From contig CM075993.1 in assembly GCA_038087875.1 (NCBI GenBank), positions 7,442,001 through 7,506,000 on the forward strand: a stretch of DNA of 64,000 nt. The letters are read 5' to 3'. This DNA comes from Malacoraja senta. Lineage: Eukaryota. Shown piece by piece: positions 12,386 through 25,867 of this stretch (position 1 is its first letter; the number at the start of each line of letters is the position of its first letter). The translations under genes and the position numbers were made by a program. A model generated the notes under the pieces. It was given only the letters and a program-made list of their open reading frames with translations. It was not told the DNA's origin and did not search any database.

Positions 12386-13424
12386 TATCACTGCTTTTGC
12401 TTCTATTACTCATTGCCACAGTGGTCGGAATTAAGCAGGCAAGTATTGTGATGTCCAGTGAATGATATTGCATCTTAAAGTAGTATCTTGCTTCTTACCT
12501 CATTAAGATGAATCTACTTTCCGGCCCCACATGTATACCGCCCCCAACTACATCAACTAGCACACATTACTCGTAGCCTTAACTTGAAAGTAATTCCTTT
12601 TGATTTTCTGAACAGTCACTGCTGAATAATAGTTTAGAAATTAAATGGAAGTCAAGCGGCTGTGGAGGCCAAATCAAAGGATATTTTTAAGGCAGAGTTT
12701 GACAGATTATTGATTAGTACGAGTGTCACGGGTTATGGGGAGAAGGCAGGAAAATGGGGTTGAGAGAGAAAGATAAATCAGCCATGATTGAATGGCGGCG
12801 TGGACTTGATGGGGCAAGTGGCCTAATTTTGCTCGTATAACTTAGGAATTTATGAAATCCAGCATTGAAACGGGCCCTTCGGCCCACCAAGTCCACGCCG
12901 ACCATCGATCACCCCTACACACTAGTTCTATGTTATCCCATTTTCTCATCCACATCCTACCCACTCGGGGTAATTTTACAGAGGCCAATTCACCTACAAC
13001 CCCACGTGCCTTTTGGATGTGGGAGGAAACCGAAGCACCTGGAGGAAATCCACGGGGAGAATGTGCAAACTCCATACAGACAGCACCAGGGGTCAGGATC
13101 AAACCCAGGTCTCTAGCGCTGCGAGGTAGCATCTCTACCAGTTGCATCACTGTGCCGCTCTAAAGACAAGTATGTCCTTTTGCGCAGTGATTAGTGACAG
13201 ATACTTGCGTCCTGATCACTGCTCGACTTTAAAAGTGGGCCAGGATAACAAAGGCTGCAACGGGACACCTGAAAGAGAATATGACTGAGCAGAGTTAACA
13301 TGGATTAATGAAAGAGATCTGGTTTATTGGATTTCCCTTTCATTAAGTTATTGGAGTTCTCTGAGGACGTGGCAAGTAGATTAGGAAATCGGTGGAGGTG
13401 AAATTTTTAGATTTTACCATTGAT

Positions 13425-13720
13425 CTGTCGTGGACTAACTACAATGAAGAGACTTACGCAAAGGCACACCAACACCTCTACTTCCTTGGGAGGCTGAGGA
13501 ATTTCAGCATGTCACCTATGACTCTTATAAACGTCTCCACATAGAAAACATACTGTCAGGATGTATCACAGGTTGGTTTGGGAAAAACTCTGCCCAAGTC
13601 TGCAAGAAATTGCAGAGAGTTGTAGATGTAGCCCAGTCCATCACACAGACTAGACTTCCCACCATTGACTCCATCTACACCAAGCTGCCTCGGGAAAACT
13701 GCCAACATAATCAAAGATTT
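13425..13720 (+). mobile_element. Rex1/Babar-like LINE fragment, degraded
   Basis: Homologous to 20440-21085 (LSWT...KAHQ.LYFL.RLR.F). Confidence 0.65.
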
Positions 13721-14842
13721 GTGTGGGAAGGAACTGTAGATGCTGGCTTACACTGACGATGGACACAAAATGCTGGAGTGTCTGTGGAATTCTCTGCCTC
13801 GGAGGGCGGTGGAGGCAGGTTCGCTGGATGCTTTCAAGAGAGAGCTAGATAGGGCTCTTAAAAATAGCGGAGTCAGGGGATATGGGGAGAAGGCAGGAAC
13901 GGGGTACTGATTGTGGATGATCAGCCATGATCACACTGAATGGCGGTGCTGGCTCGAAGGGCCAAATGGCCTACTCCTGCACCTATTGTCTATTGACTCA
14001 GTGGGGCAGGCAGCATCTCTGTTAGCATAATTGGCAAAGCTCAACAACTTACCCAAATCCTTAATGAACCCAAGTTTTAATTCAATCACCAAAACAATGT
14101 TAATACCAGCTATTTTCCAAAGCAATATAATTCAAACACTCAATTTTTTTCAAACTAAAGTCTTGATTTACATTGCATTTTTCAAGGTTTATAGATGCCT
14201 TAAGTACTCTGGAGATGCAATCAATTGTAATGAAGGATAGATTATGGCCAATTAGGACTCAAAAGGGTCCCTGGAAAAGTAATGATCAAAGAACACATTT
14301 TAGTAAAGGTAGACATTAAGTGCTGGAGTAACTCAGCAGATCAGGCAGAATCTCAAGAAATTGGTCCCATTTCCCCAGAGAGGAGCGGCACGGTGGTGCA
14401 GCTGTAGAGATGCTGCCTTAGAACGCTTGCAACGGCGGAGACACGGGTTCGATTCCGACTGTCTGTAAGGAGTTTGCATGTTCTCCCGTGACCACGTGGG
14501 TTTTCTCCGAGATCTTCGGTTTCCTCCCACACTCTAAAGACGTACAGGTTTCTAGGTTAATTGGCCTGGTGAATATGTAAATTCTCCCATGTGTGTGTAG
14601 GATAGTTTTAATGTCGGCAAAGACTCTGTGGGCTGTATGGCATGTTTCCATGCTATATCTCTAAAACTTAAAACCAGAAGCTGCCTAAAGGGCCTGTCCC
14701 ACTTTCACGACCTCTGCCGAATTTGCCCTTGACTCATACATCGTCACGAGGTCGTAGCAGGCCGTGATGCTAGTCGTAGGTACTCGTGGCATCAAGAAGG
14801 TCGGGGCATTTTGTTATTAGAAGGGAAATTATATTGAAAAGA

Positions 14843-15515
14843 TAGTAGACAATAGACAATAGGTGGCAGGAGTAGGCCATTCGGCCCTTCGAGCCATCAC
14901 CCGCCATTCAATGTGATCATGGCTGATCATTCCCAATCAGTACCCCGTTCCTGCTTTCTCCCCCATATCCCTGGACTCTGCTATTTTTAAGAGCCCTATC
15001 TAGCTCCCTCTTGAAAGCATCCAGAGATCCCGCCTCCACCGCCCTCTGAGGCAGAGAATTCCACAGACTCACAACACTCTGCGAGAAAAAGTGTTTCCTT
15101 GTCTCCCTTCTAAATGGCTTACCCCTTATTCTTAAACTGTGGCCCCTGGTTCTGGACTCCCCCAACATCGGGAACATGTTTCCTGCCTCTAGCGTGTCCA
15201 AACCCTTAACAATCTTATATGTTTCAATAAGATCCCCCCTCATCCTAAACTCCAGAGTGTACAAGCCCAGCCGCTCCATTCTCTCAGCATATGACAGTCC
15301 CGCCATCCCGGGAATTAACCTTGTAAACCTACGCTGCACTCCCTCAATACCAAGAATGTCCTACCTCAAATTAAGGGACCAAAACTGCACACAATACTCC
15401 AGGTGTGGTCTCACTAGGGTCCTGTACAACTGCAGATGGACCTCTTTGCTCGACTCCTCTTGTTATAAAGGTCAACATGCCATTCGCTTTCTTCAATGCC
15501 TGCTGTACCTGCATG
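14843..15515 (-). mobile_element. CR1 LINE, 5'-truncated
   Basis: QRRFTRLIPGMAGLSYAERMERLGLYTLEFR...LWNSLPQRAVEA; (CTATTGT)n tail. Confidence 0.9.
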
Positions 15516-15592
15516 CATTGGACCCTGACCATGCCATTGTTCCCTCAGTACAGCACTGGTGTGTTAGCCTGTCTGTGCTTTTTGTACAGATA

Positions 15593-17207
15593 CAGTGGCT
15601 TGCAAAAGTATTCATACCCCTTGAACTTTTCCACATTTTGTCACGTTACAACCACAAACGTAAATGTATTTTATTGGGAATTTATGTGATAGACCAACAC
15701 AAAGTGGCGCATAATTGTGAAGTGGAAGGAAAATGATACATGGTTTTCAAATTTTTTTACAAATAAAAAACTGAAAAGTGTCGCGTGCAAAAGTATTCAG
15801 CCCCCTTTACTCTGATACCCCTAAATAAAATCCAGTGCAACGAATTGCCTTCAGAAGTCACCTAATTAGTAAATAGAGTCCACTTGTGTGTAATCTAATC
15901 TCAGTATAAATACAGCTGTTCTGTGAAGACCTCAGAGGTTTGTTAGAGAACATTAGTGAACAAACAGCATCATGAAGCCCAAGGAACACACCAGACAGGT
16001 CAGGGATTAAGTTGTGGAGAAGTTTAAAGCAGGGTTAGGTTACAAACAAATATCCCAAGCTTTGAACATCTCACGGAGCACTGTTCAATCCATCATCCGA
16101 AAATGGAAAGAGTATGGCACAACTGCAAACCTACCAAGACATGGCCGTCCACCTAAACTGACAGGCCGGGCAAGGAGAGCATTGATCAGAGAAGCAGCCA
16201 AGAGGCCCATGGTAACTCTGGAGGAGCTGCAGAGATCCACAGCTCAGGTGGGAGAATCTGTCCACAGGACAACTATTAGTCGTGCACTCCACAAATTGGG
16301 CCTTTATGGATGAGTGGCAAGAAGAAAGCCATTGTTGGAAAAAAAGCCATAAGAAGTCCCGTTTGCAGTTTGCCACAAGCCATGTGGGGGACACAGCAAA
16401 CATGTGGAGGAAGGTGCTCTGGTCAGATGAGACCAAAATTGAAGTTTTTGGCCTAAATGCAAAACGCTATGTGTGGTGGAAACCTAACACTGCACATAAC
16501 CCTGAACACACCATCACCACTGTGAAACATGGTGGTGGCAGCATCATGCTGTGGGGATGCTTTTCTTCAGCAGGGACAGGGAAGCTGGTCAGAGTTAATG
16601 GGAAGATGGATGGAGCCAAATACAGGGCAATCTTGGAAGAAAACCTGAGTCTGCAAAAGACTTGAGACTGGGGCGGAGGTTCACCTTCCAGCAGGACAAC
16701 GACCCTAAACATACAGCCAGAGCTACAATGGTATTGTTTAGATCAAAGCATATTCATGTGTTAGAATGGCCCAGTCAAAGTCCAGACCTAAATCCAATTG
16801 AGAATCTCTGGCAAGACTTGAAAATTGCTGTTCACAGACGCTCTCCATCCAATCTGACTGAGCTCGAGCTATTTTGCAAAGAAGAATGGGGAAAAATTTC
16901 AGTCTCTAGATGTGCAAAGCTGGTAGAGACATACCCCAAAAGACTTGCAGCTGTAATTGCAGCGAAAGGTGGTTCTACAGAGTATTGACTCAGGGGGGGC
17001 TGAATACTTTTGCACGCGACACCTTTCAGTTTTTTATTTGTAAAAAAATTTGAAAACCATGTATCATTTTCCTTCCACTTCACAATTATGCACCACTTTG
17101 TGTTGGTCTATCACATAAAATCCCAATAAAATACATTTATGTTTGTGGTTGTAACGTGACAAAATGTGGAAAAGTTCAAGGGGTATGAAAACTTTTGCAA
17201 GCAACTG
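15593..17207 (+). mobile_element. Full-length Tc1/mariner transposon, Passport-like, transposase disabled
   Basis: TA TSD on both sides. About 210-bp TIRs begin CAGTGGCTTGCAAAAGTATTCATACCCCTTG and carry an inner direct repeat. Transposase 15972-16988 has [32 protein letters not shown] and GGSTEY motifs, broken by stops (about 16007 and 16311) and frameshifts. Confidence 0.95.
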
Positions 17208-18103
17208 TATCTTGTTATTAGAAGGGAAATTATATAGAAAATGCTAATGTTTCATCTATCAAAGCTTTGTTCAAAATAATGCAGTCGAGCCCCCCAATTG
17301 ATTCAGTAGAAGACAGACTTTCTAGTTATCTCTGCTGAAGATGTGGAACATGAACCCCTGACAGTAGTTCTTCCAGATATCTTCAACGTAAACCACGCCA
17401 TCATTCAGTTCAAAGAAGGGCGCACAAAGGCAGTAACTACGGGGAAATCAATGAATATGGAAGTTTATGGCAACTTTAATCGATATCAAGGGGAAGAGCT
17501 GTCAACAAGGAGGATATAATTCATTTAATTCATATGCTGCCCTATTTTGCTTGCAAGACATCACGGGCACAATTTAACAACTGTTCTCATTCAATACATT
17601 AGACAGAAAATGAAAGGTTGCCGTAAATCTGCATATATCCCCCTCACCTCTGGATTATGGATTTAAGTCGATCTTGTAAATGGTAATGATGTTAGTACGA
17701 TGAAGATATCAATAACACAATGAGTATGAACTTGTTACATAGTCATACAGCGTGGAAACAGCCCCGTGGACCCAACTTGCCCATGACGACCAAAAGGCCC
17801 CATCTACACGAGTCCCACATGCCTGCGTTTGGCCCATATCCCCCTAAACCTATGCTTTCCATGTACCTGTCCAAATGCTTTTTAAACATGTGATAGTACT
17901 TGCCTCAACAACCTCCTCTGGCATTTTGTTCTATACAACCTTGTGTAAAAAAAGTTGTTCCTATTAAATCTCCCCCCCTCCCCCCCTCCCCTTCCCTGCT
18001 TCCCTCCCTACCTCAAACCTATGTCCTCGGGTTCTTGATTCCCCTACTCTGGGTAAAGGACTCTGTGCAATTACCCTAGCTCGCCCACTCATGGTCTTAT
18101 ACA

Positions 18104-18271
18104 AGGCAGACAAAATTGCTGGAGAAACTCAGCGGGTGCGGCAGCATCTATGGAGCGAAGGAAATAGGCAAGGTTTCGGCCTTCGCTCCATAGATGCTGC
18201 CGCACCCGCTGAGTTTCTCCAGCAATTTTGTCTACCTTCGATTTTCCAGCATCTGCAGTTCCTTCTTGAAT
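18104..18271. mobile_element. Fold-back Penelope-derived mini-element
   Basis: Inverted arms as in 10567-10753; 13-bp TSD ATGGTCTTATACA (18091-18103 / 18272-18284). Confidence 0.8.
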
Positions 18272-18559
18272 ATGGTCTTATACACCTCTCTAAGACAAAC
18301 CCTCATCCTCCTGCGCTCCAAGGAATAAAGTCCTAGTCTGCTCAACCTCTCCTTATAGCTTAGGCCCTCGGGTCTTGCGAAAGTCTTCGTAAACTGGGTC
18401 CAATCTGGGTTATAGGTTTTTGCTCAATAGTATGCCTTGCTTCAGACCCAGGCACCGCTTGGCAACGAGGGCATAATATACACTGCTGCTTCAATGACTT
18501 ACGGAGCAAGTGCTGCAATGTTAGACGCATGATTTTTGGAGTGAGACATTAAGTGGTCT

Positions 18560-18985
18560 TCATAGAAAGATAGAAAATAGGTGCAGGAGGAGGCCATTCG
18601 GCCCTTCGAGCCAGCACCGCCATTCATTGTGATCATGGCTGATCGTCCCCTATCAATAACCCGTGCCTGCCTTCTCCCCATATCCCTTGACACCACTAGG
18701 CCCTAGAGCTCTATCTAACTCTCTCTTAAATCCATCCAGTGACTTGGCCTCCACTGCCCTCTGTGGCAGGGAATTCCACAAATTCACAACTCTCTGGGTG
18801 AAAACGTTTTTTTCACCTCAGTCTTAAATGACCTCCCCTTTATTCTAAGACTGTGGCCCCTGGTTCTGGACTCGCCCAACATTGGGTCCATATTTCCTGC
18901 ATCTAGCTTGTCCAGTCCTTTTATAATTTTATATGTTTCTATAAGATATCCCCTCATCCGAATAAACTCCAGTGAATACAAGCCT
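18560..18985 (-). mobile_element. CR1 LINE 3' fragment
   Basis: YSLEFIRMRGYLIETYKIIKGLDKLDAG...RTRGHSLRI plus CR1 3' UTR. Confidence 0.85.
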
Positions 18986-19404
18986 TCTTGATATTCTGTT
19001 TGCCCAGGCTGTACTGAGGTGATAAAAGTCCAAGGCTACCATCATTAAAAAAAAGTGGGATACACATGCATAAACATCCAAAGTAGAGCAGACGAATCCA
19101 TTCGACAAAGGCTACTAATTGTGGGAAAGCTATTCCAAGACAGAGTGTAGGTGATTAGGCCACCTTCCCCTCAATCGAGTCTGGTGAGCACATTACTGCA
19201 ATGGAGATTGAATTAAAGCACATCATTTGCATGGAACTATCCTCCACTCACTGTATTTCTCTGACATTTCTGCGGGTACTTGTTTTTTTCCCCCTTGGTG
19301 CCCCCATTCTTTACGTCACAACCAATGGTTATCCTATCTTCAGCTGACAAGAGGTGTCAATAGACACTCCAAAAATATGGATTCTTAAGAAAAAGAACAT
19401 TCTT

Positions 19405-19898
19405 AATTCTTGCTATTGAGGGAGTGCAGCGTAGGTTTACAAGGTTAATTCCTGGGATGGCGGGACTGTCATATCCTGAGAGAATGGAGCAGCTGGGCTT
19501 GTACACTCTGGAGTTTAGAAGGATGAGAGGGTATCTCATTGAAACATATAAGATTGTTAAGGGCTTGGACACGCTAGAGGCAGGAAACATGTTCCCGATG
19601 TTGGGGGAGTCCAGAACCAGGGGCCACAGTTTAAGAATAAGGAGTAAGCCATTTAGAACGGAGACGAGGAAACAGAGTGGTGAGTCTGTGGAATTCTCTG
19701 CCTCAGAGGGCGGTGGAGGCAGGTTCTCCGGATGCTTTCAAGAGAGAGTTAGATAGGGCTCTTAAAAATAGCGGAGTCAGGGGATATGGGGAGAAGGCAG
19801 GAACGGGGTACTGATTGGGAATGACCAGCCATGATCACATTGAATGGCGGTGCTGGCTCGAAGGGCCAAATGGCCTACTCCTGCACCTATTGTCTATT
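19405..19898 (+). mobile_element. CR1 LINE 3' fragment
   Basis: ORF 19424-19756 is CR1 ORF2 C-terminus; CTATTGTCTATT tail. Confidence 0.9.
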
Positions 19899-20249
19899 AA
19901 GACATGGAGCACAAGCAAAATGGAATTTACTACTCTAGAAGCTTTTTAAATGGACACTCATCATTATTTGATGAACACTTGAGTTAATTCGGTGGCACAT
20001 TCATCCTTGCTGCGATTGACAGCCAAAGCCTTAGTAACAGTTCCAGGTAGTTCCGCAAAACACATGAGTTGCTTTCCTAAGGAATTTTTAAATTAAAAAT
20101 CATGTTATGAACATAATTGTGTCAATGGGAAGCGGCAGGGCAGAAACGGAAGAGTTGTGGCAAGAAAGATTGAAACTTGCAGTAACAGAATTACTTTTCC
20201 TGTAGGATTTTCAGAGGTCGTTTCAATAGCAATAAGTTTATTTTCTGAG

Positions 20250-21085
20250 TCATCGAGTCTACGAGTGTTTTATTGTCATATGTCCCGGAAGGGACAATGA
20301 AATTCTTACTTGCTGCAGCACAACAGAATATGTGAATATGTAAACATTGTATATAATGGGGGAAAAAAAGAAAAAGTTCAATAAATAACAAATAATAGTG
20401 CAAATAACAAATAATAATCGTCTTTTGCAGTTCAGAGCTCATAGCTTATTCGCTGTGTTTAATAGCCTGATGGCTGTGGGGAAGGAGTGGTTCCTGAACC
20501 TGGACATTACAGTCTTCAGGCTCCTGTACCTTCTTCCTGATGGCAGTGGTGAGATAAGTGTGTGGCCAGGATGGTGAGGGTCCTTGATGATTTTGGCTGC
20601 CTTTTTGAGGCAGCGACTACGATAGATCCCTTCGACGGTGGGGAGGTCAAAGCCGGTGATGGACTGGGCAGTGGTCACAACTTTTTGTAGTCTTTTTCGC
20701 TCCTGGACGTTCAAGTTGTCGAACCAGGCCACGATGCAACCAGTCAGAATGCTCTCTACCGTGCACCTGCAGAGGTTTAGGAGAATCCTCTTCGACATGC
20801 CGAATCTCCGTAATCTTCTCAGGAAGTAGAGTCGCTGATGTGCCTTCTTTCCAATTGCATCGGTGTGCTGGGTCCAGGAAAGATCTGATATATGCATGTC
20901 CAGGAATTTGAAGTTATTGACCCTCTCCACCATCGTCCCGTTGATATATACAGGGTTGTAGGTCCTCATCCTTCCCCTACTAAAGTCCACAATCAGTTTC
21001 TTGGTCTTACTGATGTTGAGAGCCAGGTTATTGTGCTGGCACCATTTGGTCAGTCGGTCGATCTCACTTCTATACTCTGACTCAT
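20250..21085 (-). mobile_element. Rex1/Babar-type LINE, 5'-truncated (RT C-terminus and 3' UTR)
   Basis: YRSEIDRLTKWCQHNNLALNISKTK.LIVDF...LSWTQHTDAIGKKAHQRLYFLRRLRRF...ESILTGCIVAWF...SFPTAIRLLN. Confidence 0.85.
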
Positions 21086-21671
21086 AGCGAGTCATACAGT
21101 GTGGAAACATGCCACTCTGCCCAACTTGCCCACACCAACCAACATGTCCCATCTTCACTAGTCCCACCTGTCTGCATTTAGCCCATCTCCCTCTAAACCT
21201 ATCCCATCCATGTACCTGTCTAAATCTTTCTTAAACTTTGCGATACTGCCTGTTAACACGGTTATCACTGTTAGCTAAAAATACTAAAAGCTCTATATTG
21301 CATTGGTCAACAGTAAGTATCGTTGCACAAGTGTCGGTAGAAGTGATTCATTGGCCACTGCGGATTAAGTAGCAGCTGTGTTCATAAGAGTCAATCGTGT
21401 CAGATTACTGCGGGGAGGTTCCATGAAACCAGGCTCTTTCACCTACACTGTTTAAATCAAAGTCAGGTTTTTTTCTGCGTGTTAATTTAGAAAGTAATTT
21501 TCAACCTGTTGTCTAATTCACATGACATTCCCATGACAAAATGACATTAAAAAAAAAATTGGCCAAGTAATGCAAATAGTGTTCCCCGAATTGTGTTATA
21601 TTCAAATCACGTATTAGAGACGAGCTTTATAGCAGAGCTACCTACATTACATTGTGATAGCTGCTCTGTTA

Positions 21672-21888
21672 ATGGCCTGTCCCACTCTCACGACCTAATG
21701 CACGACCACTGCCGAGTTTGACCTCGACTCATACTCGCAGCATGGTCATCACGAGGTCGTAGCAGGCCGTGATGCTAGTCGTAGGTACTCATGGCATCAA
21801 GTAGGTCGAGACGTTTTTTCTAGCATGATGAAAAATGTCTACGAGTAAAAAAGGTCGTGAATTAGGTCATGAATGTGGGACAGGCCCT
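21672..21888. mobile_element. PIF/Harbinger-like MITE
   Basis: GGCCTGTCCCAC...GTGGGACAGGCCCT termini; TTA TSD. A truncated relative lies at 14689-14810. Confidence 0.8.
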
Positions 21889-23037
21889 TTACACCATCAG
21901 GTATTTATTTTGCACAAGCTTTAGCAGTGAGAGAGCATCTTTTCCACTGTCAACAGCTAAAGGGGCACCCTGCAATTAGAAGACTCTAGCGATCTGTAAA
22001 TAAATGTAATGGTGCCTGGGAAATCTGCAGAAGGTCCTTAACATTGGAGAAAAGTTATCACAATTCTTAAAGTTTCAGCTGTTGTGACACTCGCAGCGAT
22101 GCCAAACATGGGAAAGCGCTCAAAAACGTGAAGGGAAGAACTGTCAAATGTAAAATAAAACGTGAAACACTGCTGCAATTAGCAGCAAAAAGAGGAAGAG
22201 AAATGAGAGCAAGGGAGAAAAGAATGAAAAGCTGTTATTGAATCAGGCATATAATCAAACCAATTTTCAATGACACAATCTGTACCCATTTGACTGTCAG
22301 AAAGGCAGCAGACGTCAGCTTCATGGAGCTTTACATGATAAACTACATTATACTCCTCCCTTTAGCTGATGCACGGTGTCGGGTACTGAGCCGTCCTACA
22401 GCACTGAATGCGAGCATGGTGGGATGGAACTGCAGATGCTGGCTTACACCCAAGATAGACTCAAAATGCTGGAGTAACTCAGCAGGACAGGCAGCATCTC
22501 TGGAGAGAAGAAACGGGTGACATTTCGGGTCGAGGTAGAAAGGTCTCGACCCGAAATGTCACCCGTTCCTTCTCTCCTGAGGTGCTGCCTGTCCCTCAGA
22601 GTTACTCCAGCATTTTGTGTCATTCTTCGCATGCATGTTAGTCTACAATCTACACACATCGCCTTACATGCGGCATATATTTTAACCTTACAATCCATAA
22701 ATACCCAACATACTTGGGCAGCACGGTTGCAGAAGGGTAGAGTTGCTGCCTTACAGTGCCAGAGTCCCGGGTTCGATCCTGACGACAGGTGCTGTCTGTA
22801 CAGTTTGTACGTTCTCCCTGTGACCGTGTGGGTTTTCTCCGAGTTATCCGGTTTCCTCCCACACTCCAAAGACGGACAGGTTTGTAGGGTAATTGATCTC
22901 AGTAAAATCTTTAATTGCCACTAATGTAGGAAATGTTAGCGTGTGGGGATCGTTGGTTGGCCCGGACTCAGTGGGCACAAAGAGCCTGTTTCCGTGCTGT
23001 ATCTCTGAACTAACTGCTTGTATGACCATTGCAATTT

Positions 23038-23553
23038 TTTTTTTTAATTTATTAGAAGTACATTACATTACAACCAATTACATTAGTACTCATCACGTAT
23101 ATCTTATTACAATTAATGTACTCCGTCATTTTTTACACTGATAAAAAGGAAAGGTTGAGATTAAGAAAAAAGAGAAAGTGAAAGAAAATAGTGAAGGTGA
23201 AAAAACGTGACAACAGGAAAGAACAGAGACCCTGTAGAAAAGAAATTAAAAAGAAAGGATTAAGAGATAGACCATAAAGAAGAAAAAAAAGAGAAAGGAA
23301 AAAAGAGAAAAACAAATACTTTGTTATAAGCCTCACGCAAATGGGATATACCAACTCTCCAGCTTTCATCCCTCTTTACCTGACCTCAGTTTGTTTTTTT
23401 TAAGTACTTTTGCACCCTATACTTGTACTAATTCTATAAATGCAGACCACGTCAGGTGGAAGTGACCTGGTTTACCTGCCAGGAGGAGTCTTATCTCTTC
23501 TAGGTGTAATGTTTCAAACATATTTGAAATCCACATGTTTATAGTTGGTATTG
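23038..23553 (-). mobile_element. L1-clade LINE 3' end with TSD
   Basis: Minus strand PTINMWISNMFETLHLEEIRLLLAGK...W.AFI resembles fish L1 ORF2 ends; AATAAA plus poly(A); 14-bp TSD GACCATTGCAATTT (23024-23037 / 23554-23567); TT|AAA cleavage context. Confidence 0.75.
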
Positions 23554-24036
23554 GACCATTGCAATTTAATCAAAAAAATACAGGCTGTTTCCAAAAATAC
23601 AGTGATGATTACATTGCCACCTTCTCTCCTGCAACTTCAGCCCTCACACACCTTCTCAAAATACCCTGGGAGGCAGTCAAGAGAATTTAGTTGAACAGTA
23701 ATAATGCCTCTTTGAATAACATCATTGTCATAACTCTTCTCTGACCTTATTTTCCTCAGAGTGGCATAAAATTCTTGACATTTTCCATGTTAGAGGTTTT
23801 AATTGCAGCGTTGCATGACACAGTGACATCCCCCTCACAGAAAACGGTTTCAATAGCAAGAAAAGAATTGAGTCACACACACCAATGAAACAAGCCCTTC
23901 TGCCTGACTTGTGAATGCTGTCCGCGTACCCATGTAGACTAGCCCCATTTGCCCTTGCTTGACCCATATCCCTCCAAACATTTCCGATCCAATGTACCTC
24001 AAGTGGCTTTTAAATGCTCCTGAAACTGTTTCATCT

Positions 24037-24235
24037 GTTTAAGAAGGAACTGCAGATGCTGGAAAATCGAAGGTAGACAAAAATGCTGGAGAAACTCAGC
24101 CGGTGAGGCAGCATCTATGGAGCGAAGGAAATAGGCAACGTTTCGGGTCGAGACCCGAAACGTTGCCTATTTCCTTCACTCCATAGATGCTGCCTCACCG
24201 GCTGAGTTTCTCCAGCATTTTTGTCTATCTTCAAT
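24037..24235. mobile_element. Fold-back Penelope-derived mini-element
   Basis: Near-perfect hairpin centred on CGTTTCGGGTCGAGACCCGAAACG; TTTCATCTG repeated on both flanks. Confidence 0.75.
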
Positions 24236-25707
24236 CTTTTCATCTGGTAGCTTGTTCCATATACCCACCGACCACTATGTGAAAAAGTTGCTCATTGGGT
24301 ACCTTTTAAATCTTTCCGCACTCACTTTGAACCTCATTCACGATTCCCCAACCCTAGTAAAAACAGACTGTTCATTCACCCTCTCTATGCCATTCATGGT
24401 TTTATACATCTCTATAAGATCACCCCCGAGTCTCCTTCACTCCAAAGAATAATGTCCTGCCCAACTTCTCCCTATAACTCAGTCCACGGAGCCCCTTATA
24501 GCAGGCTGACCAAAACGAAACACGATACTCCAGGTGCAGCTTTACCAATGTCTTGTACAAGTGAATCATAATATCCCAATGTCTATATTTAATGCTTACT
24601 CTTGAAGGCCAGCATGCCAAAAGCCTCTTCACCACCTTGTCCACCCATGACCCGACTTTCTATGTACTGCTGGGTCCCTCTGTCGACAACCGTCCACAGG
24701 GCCCTATCGTTCACTGAAAATCCTACCCTAGATTGACTTCCTAAAATGAAACACCTCACATTTATCTGAATTAAACTCCATTCGCCGCTTCTCGGCCCAC
24801 TTGTCCAGCTGATCAAATCCCATCACGATTCTTAATAACGTTCTTCACTATCTATGACACTACCTATTTTAATGTCGTCAGCAATCTTATTAACTGTGCC
24901 TTGTACATTCACATCCAAATCATTGATATAGGTGACAAACATTAATGGACCTGGCACCAGAGGTACACCACTAGTCATGACCCTCCAGTCTGAAAATACA
25001 ACCTTTCACCATCACCCGCTCAAGTCAAGAGAGTTTATTGTCATGTGTCCCAGATAAGACAATGAAATTCTTGCTTGCTGCAGCACAACAGAATATTGTA
25101 GTCATCCAGCCATCAAACTAAATATGTATTCAATTAATTAACTCTCCCTGGATCTAACCTTCAAGAGCAACCTACCACTCGGAACCTGATAGAACTTGCT
25201 ACTCCAAACAGACAATATCAACCACCTTACACTTATTGGCCTAATTGGTTGCTTCCTCAAAAACTCAATCAAATTCATGTGGCACAATCTCTCACGTACA
25301 AAGCTATGCTGACTATCCCTAATAAACCCATGTCTTTACAAATGCACGTAAATCTCCTTCAGAATACCCTCCAGTAGCTTACGCACCACAAACATTAGGC
25401 TTACTGGTCCATGGTTCCCGAGTTCTTTGCAGCCATCTATCTATATAACTAAAAGTCTCATCTTGACCACTTCCTGTCTGCGCTGTATATTGATTTTACA
25501 AAACACGCTACCATATATCGCTATGATTTTTGGCCATCTTATTCACAGTCCTCCGCTGAGGCAGCCCTGAGGATTTTTTTGATTGATGAAAAATAAAAAA
25601 GTTATGAATGTTGAAACAAATCTTGAGATCAGCTGATTGGTCCTCTCGCTTATCAATCACCATGATGAAGGTAACTCCCCTTCCGGGGGGCCAGGAATAT
25701 AAAGCCC

Positions 25708-25854
25708 AAATGGTATGAAATTGCATTTGAATTTGGTGGCCTGCGCTCTGCTTGAAATGGTATGAAATTGCATTTGAATTTGGTGGCCTGCACTCTGCTA
25801 GAAATGGTATGAAATTGCATTTGAATTTGGTGGCCTGCACTCTGCTTGAAATGG
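25708..25854. repeat. 47-bp minisatellite, 3 units
   Basis: AAATGGTATGAAATTGCATTTGAATTTGGTGGCCTGCRCTCTGCTWG units start at 25708, 25755 and 25802. Confidence 0.95.
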
Positions 25855-25867
25855 AATTTCAAGGAAT

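Noticed and set aside
14385..14460. tRNA-like A/B box sequences
   Set aside because: SINE heads that continue into SINE body sequence; not tRNA genes.
17311..17520. Stop-free plus-strand frame (TDFLVISAEDVEHEPL...)
   Set aside because: No recognisable homology and no convincing splice signals; length is compatible with chance.
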